Positions 28,629-40,248 are shown, counted from the stretch's first letter. The stretch: 64,000 bases of DNA from an uncultured Pseudomonadota bacterium (GCA_963712965.1 CAVQJZ010000007.1:14865-78864); one strand, 5' to 3'. The notes: generated by a model not told the origin, from the sequence alone. A program made the numbers and translations.

Positions 28629-30500
28629 TTAGCTGGCGAGTTCTACGAGCAGTTTATTCAAACGCTGCACAAATTCGCCGGCGTTGGTCAACTGCCCGCT
28701 TTCAGCAAGCATGGCCTGGTCAAATAACACATGGGTAAACTCGCTAAAGCGGTCATCATCGGCCTGCTGGCGCAATTTTTGCACCAATGCATGCTCTGGA
28801 TTTAGCTCAAAAATGGGCTTGGCGGCGGGCACTTCATGGCCAGAGGCTTTCAACATACGCTGCAAGTGGCTGCTCATATCCGTATCGTCTGCCACCACAC
28901 AAGCGGGTGATGTCGTTAAACGATGCGTTAAGCGGATATCTTTTACTTTATCGCCCAATACTTCTTTCATGTGCTTGATCATGCTTTCAAATTCGCTGGA
29001 TTTTTCTTCTTGTTGTTTTTTCTCCGCTTCGTCTTCGAGTTTGCCTAAATCGACATCGCCTTTGGCAACGGATTGTAATTTTTTGCCGGCGTATTCTTGC
29101 AAGTGTGATGTTAGCCATTCATCCACACGATCCGACAATAACAATACTTCAATATTCTTCTTACGGAAAATTTCCAAATGCGGGCTGGTTTTGGCGGCGT
29201 TAAAGTTTTCTGCCGTGACATAATAAATTTTATCTTGGCCTTCTTGCATGCGCGAAATGTAGTCGTCTAACGAAACATTTTGCACAGCCGTATCGGCATG
29301 CGTTGAAGCAAAACGCAATAATTTGGCAATGATTTCTTTATTGGTGTGATCTTCCGCCGGCCCTTCTTTTAATACTTGACCAAACGCCTGCCAAAACGTT
29401 TGATACTTTTCTTTATCTTCTGTGGCTAAATTTTCTAGCATGGTTAACACGCGTTTGGTACACGCGGCTTTCATACTATCCACCAAACGATTTTGCTGCA
29501 GAATTTCGCGCGAAATATTTAATGGCAAATCGCTCGAATCAATTACACCACGCACAAAACGCAAATACGTTGGCACAAATTGTTCGGCGTTATCCATAAT
29601 GAATACGCGCTTTACATATAATTTTAAACCATGTTGATGTTCGCGACTCCATAAATCAAAAGGCGCTTGCGTGGGAACATATAATAATGAAATATATTCT
29701 TGTTTGCCTTCGACGCGATTGTGACTCCACAATAAGGGATCCGCAAAATCGTGCGAAATATGTTTATAAAATTCAATGTAATCACTGTCTTTTAATTCTG
29801 TTTTCGGCACAGTCCATAATGCTGTGGCACGATTTACCGATTCAAATTTATCTTCTTGTTTCATCATGATCGGAATCATTAAATGATCAGAATACTTCGT
29901 GATGATATGTTTTAAACGAAATTCATCTAAAAATTCATCATCGTCTTTTTTCAAATGCAAAATGATTTGCGTCCCACGAGTGGGTTTTTCAATATTTTCA
30001 ATAGAATATTTGCCATCAGCTTTTGATTCCCATTGCACACCATGTTCTGCGGTTAAACCTGCGCGACGCGTTAAGACCGTGACTTTATCCGCCACAATAA
30101 ATGCCGAATAAAACCCGACGCCAAATTGGCCAATCATATGTGCGTCTTTGGCTTGATCACCGCTTAATGATTGTAAAAATTCTTTGGTGCCTGATTTGGC
30201 AATCGTGCCTAAATTTTGAATAGCTTCTTCGCGAGTCATGCCAATGCCATTGTCAGCAATGGTTATTGTGCGAGCCGTTTTATCAAATTCAACGTTAATT
30301 TTTAATTCGGTGTCATTTTCCATCAGTGCTGCATCAGATAATGCGGCGAAACGCAATTTATCTGCCGCGTCAGAAGCATTAGAGATAAGTTCGCGCAGAA
30401 AGATTTCTTTATTGCCGTAAAGCGCATTAATCATCAAATGCAGTAATTGGGTTACTTCGGTTTGAAAACCTAAGGTTTCTTTTTGGGCGTTGATGGTCAT
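28629..30500 (-). CDS. htpG: Molecular chaperone HtpG (Hsp90)
   Basis: [45 protein letters not shown]. Confidence 0.98.
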   Translation of the reverse strand: MTINAQKETLGFQTEVTQLLHLMINALYGNKEIFLRELISNASDAADKLRFAALSDAALMENDTELKINVEFDKTARTITIADNGIGMTREEAIQNLGTIAKSGTKEFLQSLSGDQAKDAHMIGQFGVGFYSAFIVADKVTVLTRRAGLTAEHGVQWESKADGKYSIENIEKPTRGTQIILHLKKDDDEFLDEFRLKHIITKYSDHLMIPIMMKQEDKFESVNRATALWTVPKTELKDSDYIEFYKHISHDFADPLLWSHNRVEGKQEYISLLYVPTQAPFDLWSREHQHGLKLYVKRVFIMDNAEQFVPTYLRFVRGVIDSSDLPLNISREILQQNRLVDSMKAACTKRVLTMLENLATEDKEKYQTFWQAFGQVLKEGPAEDHTNKEIIAKLLRFASTHADTAVQNVSLDDYISRMQEGQDKIYYVTAENFNAAKTSPHLEIFRKKNIEVLLLSDRVDEWLTSHLQEYAGKKLQSVAKGDVDLGKLEDEAEKKQQEEKSSEFESMIKHMKEVLGDKVKDIRLTHRLTTSPACVVADDTDMSSHLQRMLKASGHEVPAAKPIFELNPEHALVQKLRQQADDDRFSEFTHVLFDQAMLAESGQLTNAGEFVQRLNKLLVELAS

Positions 30501-30534
30501 GAAATAATACTCCTTCGATTAAAAATTAATATTC

Positions 30535-30667
30535 GCCTCTCCTCTTGAGGGAGAGGCAGTCCGCCGACGCAACGAAGTTGCTAGGCGGGCGGTGAGGGGT
30601 AATTTGAAATCAAATAAATTTTATTTTAAAACCCTCACCCTAACCCTCTCCCGCGAGCGGGAGAGGG
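30535..30667. repeat. Inverted pair of BoxC-like palindromic repeats (CCCTCACCCTAACCCTCTCCC..GGGAGAGGG)
   Basis: CCTCTCC/GGAGAGG hairpins linked to GGTGAGGG/CCCTCACC; related copy at 52884-52931. Confidence 0.75.
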
Positions 30668-30762
30668 AATGCTTAAGATATAAGGCCAAACTTGGTAATT
30701 TCAAGGCAACTATATTAGAATCCGCAGCCCAGTATCCTTTTAGGAGCTTCACACAAACCGCC

Positions 30763-31356
30763 ATGTCACAATATCATGCGTTACCGATCAAGAGCATTGA
30801 TCACCTTTTAGAATTTATGCACCCCATGAACTTGCCCGAATCTACTTATGTGGATGCACCTGCCACCAGCACCATGTTTGATTTTAAATACTTAACGCCG
30901 CCGACTATCCGCGCACAACAATCGATCAATGATGCGACAGCCGAAATCAAAGTATATAACCTGCCATTTATTCTCGTCGTCAACGACGACAAACAAGTGT
31001 TAGGCGTTTTAACATCTGACGATATCTTAGGCGAAAAGCCCGTGCAAATTTCACAAGAACGACGCATCGCGCGCCATGAAATTGAAGCTTCCATGTTGAT
31101 GCGACCAGTGGAAAAATTATTAACCATTAATATTGATGATTTACAACATGCCAAAATCGGTCATGTCATTCAAACGCTGCGTGAAACCAAACAACATATT
31201 ATTCTTGTGACGAAAATCGATGCGGATACCCAACAACCTAAAATTCGTGGTTTATTTTCGGCGTCTATTATTAGTCGCCAGTTAGATAAAGATATTACGC
31301 TGGTATTGTCTGAAGCAAAATCAATTGCGGAATTGCAGCGGAATTTGCAGGGGTAG
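30763..31356 (+). CDS. CBS-domain protein
   Basis: MFDFKYLTP, LVVNDDKQVLGVLTSDDILGEKP, IRGLFSAS.ISRQL; start moved to MSQY because the upstream part of the ORF reads through the repeat. Confidence 0.85.
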   Translation: MSQYHALPIKSIDHLLEFMHPMNLPESTYVDAPATSTMFDFKYLTPPTIRAQQSINDATAEIKVYNLPFILVVNDDKQVLGVLTSDDILGEKPVQISQERRIARHEIEASMLMRPVEKLLTINIDDLQHAKIGHVIQTLRETKQHIILVTKIDADTQQPKIRGLFSASIISRQLDKDITLVLSEAKSIAELQRNLQG

Positions 31357-31378
31357 ATTAATATTTTGAAACACCAAT

Positions 31379-31406
31379 GTAGGGGCACGATGCATCGTGC
31401 CCCTAC
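31379..31406. repeat. GTAG-type REP palindrome (contains the tssG stop codon)
   Basis: Perfect palindrome GTAGGGGCACGATGCATCGTGCCCCTAC between convergent genes. Confidence 0.85.
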
Positions 31407-32302
31407 CAAAAATCTATACAATATATCTCTTCCCTCATCTCACCCACCCAACTCAACCAACCCAATTGAATAGCATCTTTACCTAATGCAAAAATTTTAT
31501 TTGCTGGTGCGCGCACAATAAAACGCAGTGAAAATCTTACTGATATATCGAGATAACGTTCAATTAAATTTTGTAATGCACATGCTTTTGGTTCGCCCGG
31601 CAATAGCGTTAGCACATCGGCAAAATCCATCGGCCCAATATCGATACGAATCTGCGACGATAAATCGACTACTTGTTCACCCATTAATGTATCAATACCT
31701 AACGCCATTGAATTTCCTAAAATCGACAACGAGGATATTTTCAACCAGCGAGGAATAAATTGATTTATTTTTACTGGCAAGCCAAATAAAAAATGTTGGA
31801 TCATGCCTTGCAGCGCTAATGCATTTGGCGTTTTGTTACCAAACAATCCAGCTAATGCAAATGCATGTTGATCATCCAGCGTTAATGCATTACCTGACAA
31901 TGCCATTAAATGGCGCAAATAATCATTTTTATGTTGTTCTAGCGATATGACCGGCTGTGATTTTTTCCATGCCAAATAAAACAAGGTATATAAACGATGA
32001 TTAAAGATATCTAAAAATGCTTGCAAACAAAGCGCGGAATCTTCTTGGCGCACAGCCTCATGCAAAAAATAATGCGGCAGCGGTGAATCGACACCATATA
32101 ACCCCATAAATGCCAAACGCAAAACAAAATCGTGCGCTTGACGAATATCAGCTGCTGGAAAACTTAATTTGGGATCAGGCAATAATTTCCATTGCGCTAA
32201 TTCACCGTTGTTTTCTAATTGGCGCAATAACTCAACAAACTGATAACGCTGTACGTTAGTTAAATTTAAATGGGCATTTTCTTGCCGGGTTGTGGCTTCC
32301 AT
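31403..32302 (-). CDS. tssG: Type VI secretion baseplate subunit TssG
   Basis: F.GLYGVDSPLP, FLDIFNHRL..LFY.AW.K, I.IGP, LGW.SW; start MEATTRQ overlaps the tssF end by 37 nt, as is usual for tssF-tssG. Confidence 0.9.
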   Translation of the reverse strand: MEATTRQENAHLNLTNVQRYQFVELLRQLENNGELAQWKLLPDPKLSFPAADIRQAHDFVLRLAFMGLYGVDSPLPHYFLHEAVRQEDSALCLQAFLDIFNHRLYTLFYLAWKKSQPVISLEQHKNDYLRHLMALSGNALTLDDQHAFALAGLFGNKTPNALALQGMIQHFLFGLPVKINQFIPRWLKISSLSILGNSMALGIDTLMGEQVVDLSSQIRIDIGPMDFADVLTLLPGEPKACALQNLIERYLDISVRFSLRFIVRAPANKIFALGKDAIQLGWLSWVGEMREEIYCIDFW

Positions 32303-33978
32303 AACAATACTCGCTTTGAAGGATGACAATGAATCCGCGTTTCAACAAAAAAATTAATGCTCGCGTATTGCGTGAAAAATTCATGCAACACACAGCCCAA
32401 CAAATAAATATCTGCCGGCGAACGAAACCCTTCTTCGTGCAACGTTAAAATAATTTGCATGCCACGCAATAACGCACCACGCTCAATTTTATCAATGGTT
32501 TTTACTTCCACTTCTCGAATCGCATCAATCCGTTTTTGTTGCTCTTGCTTATCGGTCCACTGCAACAAATGCAATAACTCACGCAAAGAAGAAGCTTGCC
32601 CAATACTGCGATAATTTAATGACAAATGACTTAACAATTGCCACAAATAATCACGCCGTTTCGGTGGCGACAAAAAACTTGTCGGGCGCGTGATATTCGT
32701 GGCGGTTAAATACGTTGGCGTTTGCATTAATTGCGTGATCATATTTTCGCGCAAATAACGGCGCGGATAATGGCCATTACTCACCAACACATCACACACA
32801 ATATCTTTAGGCTGTGTTGATACATCACCAAACACCAAATAAGGGGCGGCTAATTCTGCGCCTAACTCACGCCATTGCGTTTGATAAAACGGCTTTTTAT
32901 TCGCACGCTGCGTGAAACTGTGCATTAATTCAAAACGCTCGCGCTCGCCATTAGCTAAATCGACACTTGTGACATCTCGCACTTCATGAAAAACCACACT
33001 TTGCGTGCGCGCAGATTCCGCAATCAATGGATAATCAAAACGCTCACCCGTAAAACGAATTGGTTCGCTCGTTGTCGGATATAAATTAATCGCTGGCACA
33101 CAATGCAATTTAAAATTTTGCGCATTGATTTTCGCCTCACTCGGGAAAATATGATTCGTGTGTAACTCTACAATAAATTGCGTTAAGCCTTTAGGGAAAA
33201 TGATTTGTTGTAAATTATCTACGCGGATAAATAAATATTTTTCACGAAAGGCAAAATAATCGTGCAACAAATGAAACCCATAAAAACTGCGGCTAGATAG
33301 CGGCAACAATGTTTCATCCGGTGAAAAATGACAACCTTGCACACATTCTTGTTTGCCCAACTCAATCGTTTTTGGCGCGCGAATTTTTACGTGACGTAAT
33401 TGTGCAGCCAGCGCCCAATATAATTCCAACGCAATACTCGGATCGGCATGCAAATAAAATTGCAGCGAATCGAGCGCGAGTGTTTCGAGCGCTACACCTG
33501 CATCTGCTTGTATTTCAATTTGCAACAATGTACCGCCACTGGTTGGTTCTTCTGCGGTGACATTCATCACACGCCATGGATAAATATCTAACGGTACAGT
33601 GGTACGAAAACGACATAAGGTTTTTTCATCACCCACCGCTTGCGATTGAATACTGGTGTGTTTTGGTAATTGATATTTTTGCGCGAGCTGTCCTGCGCGT
33701 GGATTAATTTGCATGATGGTCGCAGCTGGAAATGGCTGCAAAATATGCGGCCATAATTGCGCAAGTAGACTGGCGCTAACATCAGGCAAATCATCATCAA
33801 TACGTTGGCGAATCTGGCCAGTTAAATAAGCGAATCCTTCTAATAATCGTTCGATATAAGGATCGCGATCGCTCAATGTTTGCAGATTTAATTGACCGGC
33901 TTGTTCGGGATAGGCTTTGGCAAATTGCTGTGCAGCTTCAGAAAGCAGACGCATTTCGGCTTCGAAATAATGACGCAT
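32266..33978 (-). CDS. tssF: Type VI secretion baseplate subunit TssF
   Basis: YFE.EM..L....QFA..YP, DPYIERLLEGFAYLT, L.DYFAF.EK.LF, LHCVPAINL, WQLLSHLSLNY, FFTQYASINFF. Confidence 0.93.
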   Translation of the reverse strand: MRHYFEAEMRLLSEAAQQFAKAYPEQAGQLNLQTLSDRDPYIERLLEGFAYLTGQIRQRIDDDLPDVSASLLAQLWPHILQPFPAATIMQINPRAGQLAQKYQLPKHTSIQSQAVGDEKTLCRFRTTVPLDIYPWRVMNVTAEEPTSGGTLLQIEIQADAGVALETLALDSLQFYLHADPSIALELYWALAAQLRHVKIRAPKTIELGKQECVQGCHFSPDETLLPLSSRSFYGFHLLHDYFAFREKYLFIRVDNLQQIIFPKGLTQFIVELHTNHIFPSEAKINAQNFKLHCVPAINLYPTTSEPIRFTGERFDYPLIAESARTQSVVFHEVRDVTSVDLANGERERFELMHSFTQRANKKPFYQTQWRELGAELAAPYLVFGDVSTQPKDIVCDVLVSNGHYPRRYLRENMITQLMQTPTYLTATNITRPTSFLSPPKRRDYLWQLLSHLSLNYRSIGQASSLRELLHLLQWTDKQEQQKRIDAIREVEVKTIDKIERGALLRGMQIILTLHEEGFRSPADIYLLGCVLHEFFTQYASINFFVETRIHCHPSKRVLLWKPQPGKKMPI

Positions 33979-34009
33979 GGTATTTCCTTTTTATTATCGT
34001 AATAAAAAA

Positions 34010-35065
34010 CTAATTCCGCTCACTCACCTGAAACGGTGTAAATACTTCATTTAATTGTTGGGTCACACGAATAAATGTCGTGCGTTTAGACAACTCTTTC
34101 AAACGTTGTGCGCCTACATAAGTACACGTTGAACGCACACCACCTAAAATATCTAATACGGTTTCATTCACGGGTCCTCGGTATGGCACATTAACCGATT
34201 TACCTTCACTGGCACGATAACCTGCAACGCCACCATGATATTTCGTCATTGCTTCTTCTGAACTCATGCCATAAAAACGTTTATAGGGTTTGCCATTTTC
34301 TTCAAATATTTCGCCTGAGTTTTCATCGTGCCCAGACAACATTCCACCTAACATGACAAAATCCGCGCCGGCGGCAAATGCTTTCGCCACATCACCTGGC
34401 ACACAACAACCACCATCAGCACACACTTGTCCGCCCAAACCATGTACCGCATCGGCGCATTCAATAATGGCAGATAATTGCGGATAACCTACACCCGCTT
34501 TTTTACGCGTCGTACAAACAGAGCCTGGGCCAATACCAATTTTGACAATATCCGCACCAGAAATAATTAATTCTTCTGCCATTTCACCTGTGACAACATT
34601 ACCGGCCATAATAATTTTATTTGGAAATGTATCACGCGCTTTTTTGACAAAATCCACAAAGTTTTGCGTATAACCATTCGCCACATCTAAACAAATAAAT
34701 GGCATATCGATTTTAGCAACGATGGCTTTTAACGTTTGAAAATCTTGATCGCTAATACCAGAACTAATAAAACAATGTTTAATGGTTTCTGGATGTGCTT
34801 TTTGCACATTTTGCCATTCATCGAGTGAAGCAAATTTATAAATCGCGGTAAGTAATTGATGTTGTGCTAATACATTTGCCATGGCAAATGTTCCCGTGTG
34901 ATCCATATTCGCTGCAATAATGGGCACACCTGACCATTTAACTTTACTATTTTTAAATTCATATTCGCGCTGCAATTGCACTTCAGAACGTGAACGTAAG
35001 GTGCTGCGTTTCGGACGAATCAAAACATCTTTGAAATCTAATTTTAAATCTTCTTCAATACGCAT
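34010..35065 (-). CDS. guaC: GMP reductase
   Basis: [55 protein letters not shown]. Confidence 0.97.
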   Translation of the reverse strand: MRIEEDLKLDFKDVLIRPKRSTLRSRSEVQLQREYEFKNSKVKWSGVPIIAANMDHTGTFAMANVLAQHQLLTAIYKFASLDEWQNVQKAHPETIKHCFISSGISDQDFQTLKAIVAKIDMPFICLDVANGYTQNFVDFVKKARDTFPNKIIMAGNVVTGEMAEELIISGADIVKIGIGPGSVCTTRKKAGVGYPQLSAIIECADAVHGLGGQVCADGGCCVPGDVAKAFAAGADFVMLGGMLSGHDENSGEIFEENGKPYKRFYGMSSEEAMTKYHGGVAGYRASEGKSVNVPYRGPVNETVLDILGGVRSTCTYVGAQRLKELSKRTTFIRVTQQLNEVFTPFQVSERN

Positions 35066-35084
35066 AACTCATCTCACTTTTAAC

Positions 35085-35111
35085 AGGGCGCACACATAGG
35101 TGCGCCCCTAC
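35085..35111. repeat. GTAG-type REP-like palindrome
   Basis: Minus strand GTAGGGGCGCAC-CTATGT-GTGCGCCCT. Confidence 0.7.
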
Positions 35112-35119
35112 ATTTTTTC

Positions 35120-36460
35120 CTACGTAATGTTCCAGGTCAATTGCAAACCAACGATATCTGCTGAGCTTTCTTCGTGCCCATTGGTCGTGACACTTTCGCC
35201 ACCGTATTGTTGCGTGATATTGATCGGCACTTTTTGAATAAATAAATGTGTGTAACCAACATCTAATCCCAACGCTTTGGTTGCTTGATAGTGCACACCA
35301 GCAGCCAACGCAAAGCGATTACCATCGGGTAAACGCACATTACGATATTGATCTACTGTTGGTGTTTCGTCATAACCTGTACCAGCGGTGAATTCCCATT
35401 TTTTAAATGGTTGATAACTAGCACCGACTGCAAAACGCCACGTATTACGGAAATTTTGTGGCAAGTTTACGTTGGTATACACCGGCGTTCCAAATGCACT
35501 AACGCTTTGAACGTTGTTTAAATCGAGATTATTGAAAACACCCCATTGCGTATAAGCCACTGTTCCCATTAATGCCCACGCATTATTAATACGATGGAAT
35601 AAGCTCAACATAGTTGTTGGCGGTAACGCCACGCTAGAAGACAACGCATCAGTACTAAATTGCCCACCACCACCAAATGCTAAAGGCCCTGTGAATTTAC
35701 TTGTGCCATCAACATCCGCCGTTACTTTAGAGTGGTACGCTAAACCCATACGTGTTGCTTGCGTAAATTGATATAACAGACCCGTGTGCCAACCCAGACC
35801 CCAACCCGATGCGGTATTTTTACTTGTTGTATTGAGTGCCGGCATGCCTGCAATACCACCAACTGAATCTAACTCCGCATCAACATAATCAAAGTCAGGA
35901 CCAAAACCAAAAGACAATGCTTTAGTTAATTGCAGACCAAGCACTGGACTTAAATCAATGACTTCAACACTGGTTTTTGTTGCTGCATAAGCAAGAAAAG
36001 AATTTTCACTGTAATCACTTTCTAATCCAAACGGTACAGTTGCACTCAAACCAAATACCACACTGCTATTGATTGGCGCGGCGTAGTTAAATGCAGGAAC
36101 CACAGAAGCGGAACCACCTTGCGCTGAACCACTTTGCGTTGCTGGAAATGGGCTAACTGCAGGTGTTGATAACGTGGTGTTTCCTTTGTATTCCAAATTC
36201 GATGAAATAGTATCGGCAGAAAGTACTAATTGCTGTCCAGTCATTCTGACCAAACCAGCCGGGTTATAAAATGCAGTACTGGCATCGTTTGCACTTGCAG
36301 CGCCACCGGCACCAAAATCACCTGTGCTGGTACCATTTTCTTCAAATAATTGGAACCCAGAAGCAAATACACAATGACTAAAACCAAATAAAACAGTGGA
36401 AATTCCGAATACTATCCATTTCTTTTTTGAAAACGTTTTCATCTGTTTCGCTTGTTTCAT
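35120..36460 (-). CDS. fadL: OmpP1/FadL family outer-membrane long-chain fatty acid transporter
   Basis: Signal peptide then SGFQLFE, DASTAFYNPAGL hatch motif, PFGL, RLPD.NR; GGGGAG RBS before ATG at 36460. Confidence 0.9.
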   Translation of the reverse strand: MKQAKQMKTFSKKKWIVFGISTVLFGFSHCVFASGFQLFEENGTSTGDFGAGGAASANDASTAFYNPAGLVRMTGQQLVLSADTISSNLEYKGNTTLSTPAVSPFPATQSGSAQGGSASVVPAFNYAAPINSSVVFGLSATVPFGLESDYSENSFLAYAATKTSVEVIDLSPVLGLQLTKALSFGFGPDFDYVDAELDSVGGIAGMPALNTTSKNTASGWGLGWHTGLLYQFTQATRMGLAYHSKVTADVDGTSKFTGPLAFGGGGQFSTDALSSSVALPPTTMLSLFHRINNAWALMGTVAYTQWGVFNNLDLNNVQSVSAFGTPVYTNVNLPQNFRNTWRFAVGASYQPFKKWEFTAGTGYDETPTVDQYRNVRLPDGNRFALAAGVHYQATKALGLDVGYTHLFIQKVPINITQQYGGESVTTNGHEESSADIVGLQLTWNIT

Positions 36461-36499
36461 TTTCTGTATTCTCCCCAAAAAATTAAGACCGAGATGCTA

Positions 36500-37693
36500 T
36501 CACAATACTTCGAAAATACCAGCAGCGCCCATGCCCGTTCCGATGCACATAGTTACCATGCCATAACGTTTTTTATTACGGCGTAATCCGTGCAATAACG
36601 TTGCAGTACGAATCGCACCCGTCGCACCCAATGGATGACCTAATGCAATCGCGCCACCCAACGGATTTACTTTGGCGTGATCTAAACCAACCGTTTGCAT
36701 CACTGCTAATGTTTGTGCGGCAAAAGCTTCATTTAATTCAATCCAATCAATATCAGATAATTTTAAATTGGCTTTTTTCAATGCTTGCGGAATGGCTTCT
36801 TTAGGACCAATGCCCATAATTTCTGGCGGCACACCCACTACAGAGTAACTACACAAACGTGCGATGGGCGTTAAATTAAATTGCTTTAACATTTTTTCAC
36901 TCACCACTAACACCGCACCTGCGCCATCACTCATTTGTGATGTATTCGCTGCCGTCACTGTTCCTCTTGCTGCAAATACCGTCGGCAATTTTGCAATTAC
37001 ATCATAAGATGTATCCGCACGCGGGCCTTCATCCGTAGAAATAATTTTGTGTTTCGTTTGAATCTCACCTTTGGTTAAATCAGGAATTGCTTGTGTTGTG
37101 TCGACTGGCAAAATTTCTTCTGCAAAACAATTTTCTTGAATAGCTTTCACTGCACGTTGATGACTTTCTACCGCAAAACGATCTTGCGCTTCGCGCGTAA
37201 TTTTCCATTGCGCAGCAACATTTTCAGCAGTAATTCCCATGCCATAAGCAATGGCAATATGTTCATTGTTGTTGGCAAAATACGCGGGATTCGCTACAAA
37301 TTTATTTCCACCCATCGGCACCATGCTCATGCTTTCTGTACCGCCGGCAATAATCATATCGGCATCACCACTTTTAATTCGTTCCGCAGCAAGCGCGATA
37401 GTTTGCAATCCGGAAGAACAAAAACGATTGATCGTCATTCCTGGTACGCGATCAGGCAATCCTGCAAGCAACAACGCAATACGTGCCACATTCATACCCT
37501 GTTCTGCTTCAGGCATCGCGCAACCTAAAATCACATCATCAATTAACGTGGGATCAACTTGAGGAACTTTGGCTAATACACCTTTGATCACGTGCGCGGC
37601 TAAATCATCAGGGCGGGTGTGACGAAAAACACCGCGCGCTTTACCCACAGGGGTACGAATCGCTGCCACTATATAAGCGTCTTGCATTGCCAT
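36500..37693 (-). CDS. fadA: Acetyl-CoA C-acyltransferase (thiolase)
   Basis: NRFCSSG, NEAFA, GGAIALGHPLGATG, TMCIGTGMG. Confidence 0.93.
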   Translation of the reverse strand: MAMQDAYIVAAIRTPVGKARGVFRHTRPDDLAAHVIKGVLAKVPQVDPTLIDDVILGCAMPEAEQGMNVARIALLLAGLPDRVPGMTINRFCSSGLQTIALAAERIKSGDADMIIAGGTESMSMVPMGGNKFVANPAYFANNNEHIAIAYGMGITAENVAAQWKITREAQDRFAVESHQRAVKAIQENCFAEEILPVDTTQAIPDLTKGEIQTKHKIISTDEGPRADTSYDVIAKLPTVFAARGTVTAANTSQMSDGAGAVLVVSEKMLKQFNLTPIARLCSYSVVGVPPEIMGIGPKEAIPQALKKANLKLSDIDWIELNEAFAAQTLAVMQTVGLDHAKVNPLGGAIALGHPLGATGAIRTATLLHGLRRNKKRYGMVTMCIGTGMGAAGIFEVL

Positions 37694-37705
37694 GTTATTT
37701 TCCTC

Positions 37706-39070
37706 TTACAGTTGGGGAAAAATTTTCCCGGGATTTAAAATATTTTTCGGATCAAATAATTTTTTAATATTTTGCATTAATTGCAATGTAGCAGGATCAA
37801 CAGCTTTAGTCATATATTCGCGCTTTTCAATACCAATACCGTGTTCGCCGGATAACGTTCCGCCCAAATCTACTACTTCTTGAAATAACAAATCCAAACA
37901 TGTGTTAGCTGCTGCCGCTTCTTTTTCATTATTCGGATCAATTAAAAAATTCACATGAATATTGCCATTGCCAGCATGGCCAAAATTAATAATTTTTATT
38001 TGATACTGTTGCGATAAATGTTCTAAAAATAAAAATAATGCGGGCATTTGATTTACTGGCACCACGATATCTTCATTAATTTTTTGTGGCGCGATCGCTT
38101 TGACAGCGGGCGATAATGCTTTGCGCGCCGCCCATAATAATTGCGCTTCTGCTGCATCACGCGATTGTGTTATTTCAATCAACCCTGCAACATTTGCTGC
38201 ATTTTTAATAGCAGCAATATCATCATCAATATCAATTAATAACATCGCTTGCGCATTACCGGGAAAAATAATATCGGTTTTTTCGCGCAGAATATTTAAA
38301 CACGCGTGATCTAATAATTCTAACGCGCATGGCACATGTGGTTGCGACATCATATTAATCACAGCATTCACGGCAGATGACATATCTTGATACAACACCC
38401 GTAAAGTACAACGAATATTTGGCAGAGGAATTAATTTTAATGTCGCTTCTGTGGTAATACCTAACGTACCTTCGGAGCCAATGAATAATCGCGTTAAATC
38501 ATAACCCACAGCACCTTTGGTTGTGTTCGCACCAGCGTTAATTGTTTCACCTGTTCCAATCACGGCTTTCAGCGCCAAAACATTTTCGCGCGTAGCCCCA
38601 TATTTTACGGCGCGCGGCCCTGCAGCATTGAACGCTAAATTTCCACCGATGGTGCAAATTGCCGCACTACCTGGATCCGGCGCCCAACATAATCCATATT
38701 TTTTTGCTTCGTCTTGCACGGTTTGATTTAACACGCCCGCTTCTACTTTCATGAAACGATTTTGTGCATCCATCACTAAAATACGATTCATCTTTTCTAA
38801 TGAAAGGATCACGCCACCAAAAATAGGTACTGCACCACCAGGTGTGCCACTGCCCAATCCGCGCGCGGTTAATGGCACATGAAATTCATTGCATAATTTA
38901 ACTACAGCCACCACTTCATCATGATGCTGAGGAAATACCACAACATCTGGCATCGACATATGTCGACTCGTATCGTGACTGTATAATTGTAGGCGCACTG
39001 AATCTGTGAATATATTTTCTTCACTGAAAATCTTTTTTAATGCGGTGATAAATTGATGATTAAGTAACAT
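37706..39070 (-). CDS. FAD-linked oxidase, GlcD/D-2-hydroxyacid dehydrogenase family
   Basis: PDPGS...TIGGN, GSEGTLG, GHAGNGNIH, SGEHGIG, FDPKNILNPGKI. Confidence 0.9.
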   Translation of the reverse strand: MLLNHQFITALKKIFSEENIFTDSVRLQLYSHDTSRHMSMPDVVVFPQHHDEVVAVVKLCNEFHVPLTARGLGSGTPGGAVPIFGGVILSLEKMNRILVMDAQNRFMKVEAGVLNQTVQDEAKKYGLCWAPDPGSAAICTIGGNLAFNAAGPRAVKYGATRENVLALKAVIGTGETINAGANTTKGAVGYDLTRLFIGSEGTLGITTEATLKLIPLPNIRCTLRVLYQDMSSAVNAVINMMSQPHVPCALELLDHACLNILREKTDIIFPGNAQAMLLIDIDDDIAAIKNAANVAGLIEITQSRDAAEAQLLWAARKALSPAVKAIAPQKINEDIVVPVNQMPALFLFLEHLSQQYQIKIINFGHAGNGNIHVNFLIDPNNEKEAAAANTCLDLLFQEVVDLGGTLSGEHGIGIEKREYMTKAVDPATLQLMQNIKKLFDPKNILNPGKIFPQL

Positions 39071-39099
39071 CGTTAAACCTTTGTATTAAATTAGACTCT

Positions 39100-40248
39100 T
39101 CATGCCAATATTTTTTCAAGTTCAAGCAACGCTTGCGTAAAGGGTAGAATTTTTATCCCATTATTATGCTCAGCACGCTCACCTCCATAAATCAAATAAC
39201 CATTTGCCTTAGGATAATCTTTGGCAAACGCTTTCAGCCCTGACAAATCTGATGTGCTGTATTTTGCTTTACGTTTAATTTCAAACGCATGAAATCCACG
39301 CTCGCCATAAACAATAAAATCCACCTCAACATCATTGCTAGTGCGCCAATAATAAATTTGATACCCCAACTGATAATAATCATTAATGGCGCGTAAATGT
39401 TGTAAAAACAATGTTTCTAATGCGGCGCCATCAATTTCTTCCGGACTATCTAACGGCCCCTTGGGTCTTAACGTGCGATAAACACCCGCATCAAAATAAT
39501 AAAATTTTGGGCTTGCCACCAAGCGACGCTTAGCGCGCTTCGTAAACACAGGCAAACGCACGGCAATGAGCAAATCTTCGACAATATCAAAATAACTGCT
39601 CACTATTTTTCTATCAATTGCTGCATCACGCGCAATATCTGAAAAATTGAGTGTCGCCCCTTGAGAAAAACTCGCGGTTTCTAAAAACCGAGTAAATTCA
39701 GATAAATTACGTGTTAATCCTTCCTGCAACACCTCTTCGCGTAAATAGTTTGTGACATACGTATGCAAATACGCTTTAGGATCAGCCACATCATCCGTAT
39801 AAATAGATGGCAACATTCCATAATGTAGCGCGCGCTTCAATATAAATTGCGAACCCATTTCTTGTGCAATCAAAGGATGCAGCATGTGATTGATTGCTCT
39901 GCCCGCCAACAAATTCACGCCTTTGCGTTTCAAACTACGCGCACTAGAACCCGTGAGCACAAAACGATAATGTTTTTTCTCAATTAACCGATGTACTTCA
40001 TTGAGTAATTCAGGGATTTTTTGTACTTCATCAATAACAATCCAATCCTTAAAATCAATAGGAATCAAACTCTCAAGACGTGATGGATTAGCTAATAACG
40101 TGTGATACAAACTGGTGTTTAATAAATCCAAATAAAATGCTTGCGGAAAATGATGTTGCACCCAATAGGTTTTACCCGTTCCACGAGGACCCAGCAGAAA
40201 AAAACTTTTTTTTGATTTAGGGTTAATAGCAAAAACACGTGAAAACAT
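39100..40248 (-). CDS. AAA_14 ATPase with DUF4143 and a C-terminal PD-(D/E)xK-like domain
   Basis: Walker A GPRGTGKT, Walker B IDEVQK, LTGSSAR, PKFYYFD.G, YYWRT...EVDF...FEIK. Confidence 0.88.
   Translation of the reverse strand: MFSRVFAINPKSKKSFFLLGPRGTGKTYWVQHHFPQAFYLDLLNTSLYHTLLANPSRLESLIPIDFKDWIVIDEVQKIPELLNEVHRLIEKKHYRFVLTGSSARSLKRKGVNLLAGRAINHMLHPLIAQEMGSQFILKRALHYGMLPSIYTDDVADPKAYLHTYVTNYLREEVLQEGLTRNLSEFTRFLETASFSQGATLNFSDIARDAAIDRKIVSSYFDIVEDLLIAVRLPVFTKRAKRRLVASPKFYYFDAGVYRTLRPKGPLDSPEEIDGAALETLFLQHLRAINDYYQLGYQIYYWRTSNDVEVDFIVYGERGFHAFEIKRKAKYSTSDLSGLKAFAKDYPKANGYLIYGGERAEHNNGIKILPFTQALLELEKILA

Noticed and set aside
30592-30762. N-terminal extension of the CBS ORF (TLTLTLSRERER)
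   Set aside because: Translation of the BoxC-like repeat, not part of the CBS family
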